Assembly (NCBI GenBank): GCA_050084515.1
Contig: CM114271.1
Location: forward strand, 15,190,001 to 15,254,000
Source: Blasia pusilla
Taxonomy: Eukaryota
Reading direction: 5' to 3'
DNA length: 64,000 nt
Shown: positions 62,422 through 64,000 of the stretch, piece after piece
Layout: every line of letters starts with the position of its first letter
How positions within the stretch are numbered: position 1 is the stretch's first letter
Notes under the pieces: generated by a model
Seen by the model: the letters and a program-made list of their open reading frames with translations, nothing else
Databases searched by the model: none
Told to the model about the DNA's origin: nothing
Made by a program: the position numbers and the translations under genes

Positions 62422-64000
62422 GTGCCTTCTCCGCTCATTTAACTCCTCGTACTCAAATCAGATCAGCTGTTGAAATCTGGGAATCATTAGGAGCAAGGAT
62501 TGCTGATCGTGCATCGAACTCCTCGCAATCAAATCGGTTCTTGAAGTTTATTGGTTGAGGAATTCGAGAGGTCGCATCCGTTGGTTGTCTCCAAGAACCT
62601 TGAGGCATCTAGGACTGATGAAGCTTGATTGTTTTGAAGTCACAGAAAAGAGAATCAGTATCGATCAGTGATGGCACTGATGGGTAGACGACCAGTTCTG
62701 CCCTCTTCCTATCCACAAACTGCCACGAACCTCTTTGGGAAAGACTAGTAGTTGAGATGCCGCAGGAACTGGTCAACCATCAATGCGTTTGTTGTAATGG
62801 AGAGACAGCCCTTCTAAACGGTTTACGGCTTTTGAGGTGTTCGTTTGTGAGAAATCACATCACTATTGACACTCGGGCGGACTCGCAGGGGCATGGGCAA
62901 CAAATTGCAGGACTTGGGGAGTGTAGCCAAGCCAAATCACAGCAGGTGGGCAAATTCGTAAGCTTTAATAATGAAGAGAGAAGGAATCAATCAACTTCTT
63001 GTCTATGGGACTTGGATATACAAGACTTGCTGCACCAAAGCATGCCCGATCTAGCAAAAGAAGACAGGACAGCCCCAGGTGTTCCAACTCTAGCAACCAT
63101 ACACTGATGAGGGAATTCAGCAATCTCAACCAGATTCCTACCGAGCATGAAAGCACTCACCCTTAAGTCAGGGCTCTGGAAGAGTCCAGGAAATGCCGAG
63201 TAATGGTAGCTGCAACTGAAAGGTGCCGCTTTGCAGCGTGGAGTTTGTTTGACTTGCAATCTCAGCATAGTCTTCACTTTTCGTGAGTTGAAAGTTTCTC
63301 CTCTCCCTCCATATCTGAATGTGGCCAGTGCTTGGATTAGCTCAGTGGGTATGGGGCCGGAAAGATAAAAAGCTTGTTCAGTTGGTTTCGCAAAATTCAT
63401 GGAATTGCAGTACTGTCTCTTCCTTTCCCCTTCATTTCCTAGCAGTGGGTTCTTCCTTTTGCAAAGCTCCTCATGTATATATCAACTGTCAGAGATGTGG
63501 GTGTTTGTACAGCGAATCCAACATGTTCTTGCTAGTACTTTTAGGAAAATCATCGACTGACATGCTTAATTCTCTCAAGTCGCATATTCTTAAAAGCTTC
63601 GAAAGCTCTTGATCTTAGAAATTTAGAAAGATGGTCATCATAGAGAAAGTCCTCATTCAGCAGTTTCATCGCGTCTCCGGCACTGCCCTGGATGGGTGCG
63701 GGGGGAGGACGAGGTGCAGAAATTATCATATTAAAGGCGGAGGCTCCGTCATGTTGTGTTCAGAGCTAACCTTACATAGTATTGTTGGTGGGGAGGTTCC
63801 AGTATCAGCTAAACGCTATCTACTGACTGGGGGACCCGAAAACGTTTCTTACCAGTACAGCAGATTATGGCAGTGTACGTAGGCTATTTTCCGTACGAAC
63901 AACTCTGGTAACACCAACTTTACACTTTCATAGTGTTGTGTGAGTGCTAACCATCCATAGTGTTGTTCGTGGGGACCTTCAAGAATCGTCCAAGAAACAA

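Noticed and set aside
62420-63700. Possible NLR/LRR pseudogene (IQDLLH, ALDLRNL; LSGPIPTEL on the minus strand)
   Set aside because: Isolated short look-alikes on both strands, many stops, and no P-loop or repeated LRR consensus.

Overview
Eukaryotic land-plant genomic DNA with spliceosomal GT-AG introns; a bryophyte or other non-seed plant is my inference. At the left is a spliced 4-coumarate:CoA-ligase-like gene on the minus strand, with 5 exons visible and the last exon off-window. A ~50 kb transposon-rich block follows, then degraded gene-like sequence at the right. The main signal is several decayed copies of one Ty3/gypsy family whose polyprotein reads Gag (2 Zn knuckles) - aspartic protease - DNMT3-like C5 cytosine methyltransferase - RT - RNase H - integrase - PHD finger. 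Its ends are not ordinary paired LTRs. They look like split direct repeats (A ... PPT-B-A-B) with a head-to-head CA-NN-TG junction. The best copy is 37854-44861 (-), a second DNMT-bearing copy is 55213-59997 (+), and a deleted/rearranged copy is 7462-13950. Also present: copia remnants, another LTR element, non-autonomous Helitrons (one with a triplicated 3' end), LINE and CRE-like non-LTR remnants, a 1.4 kb dispersed inverted repeat and several tandem repeats. All calls come from reading motifs by eye; no searches were run.
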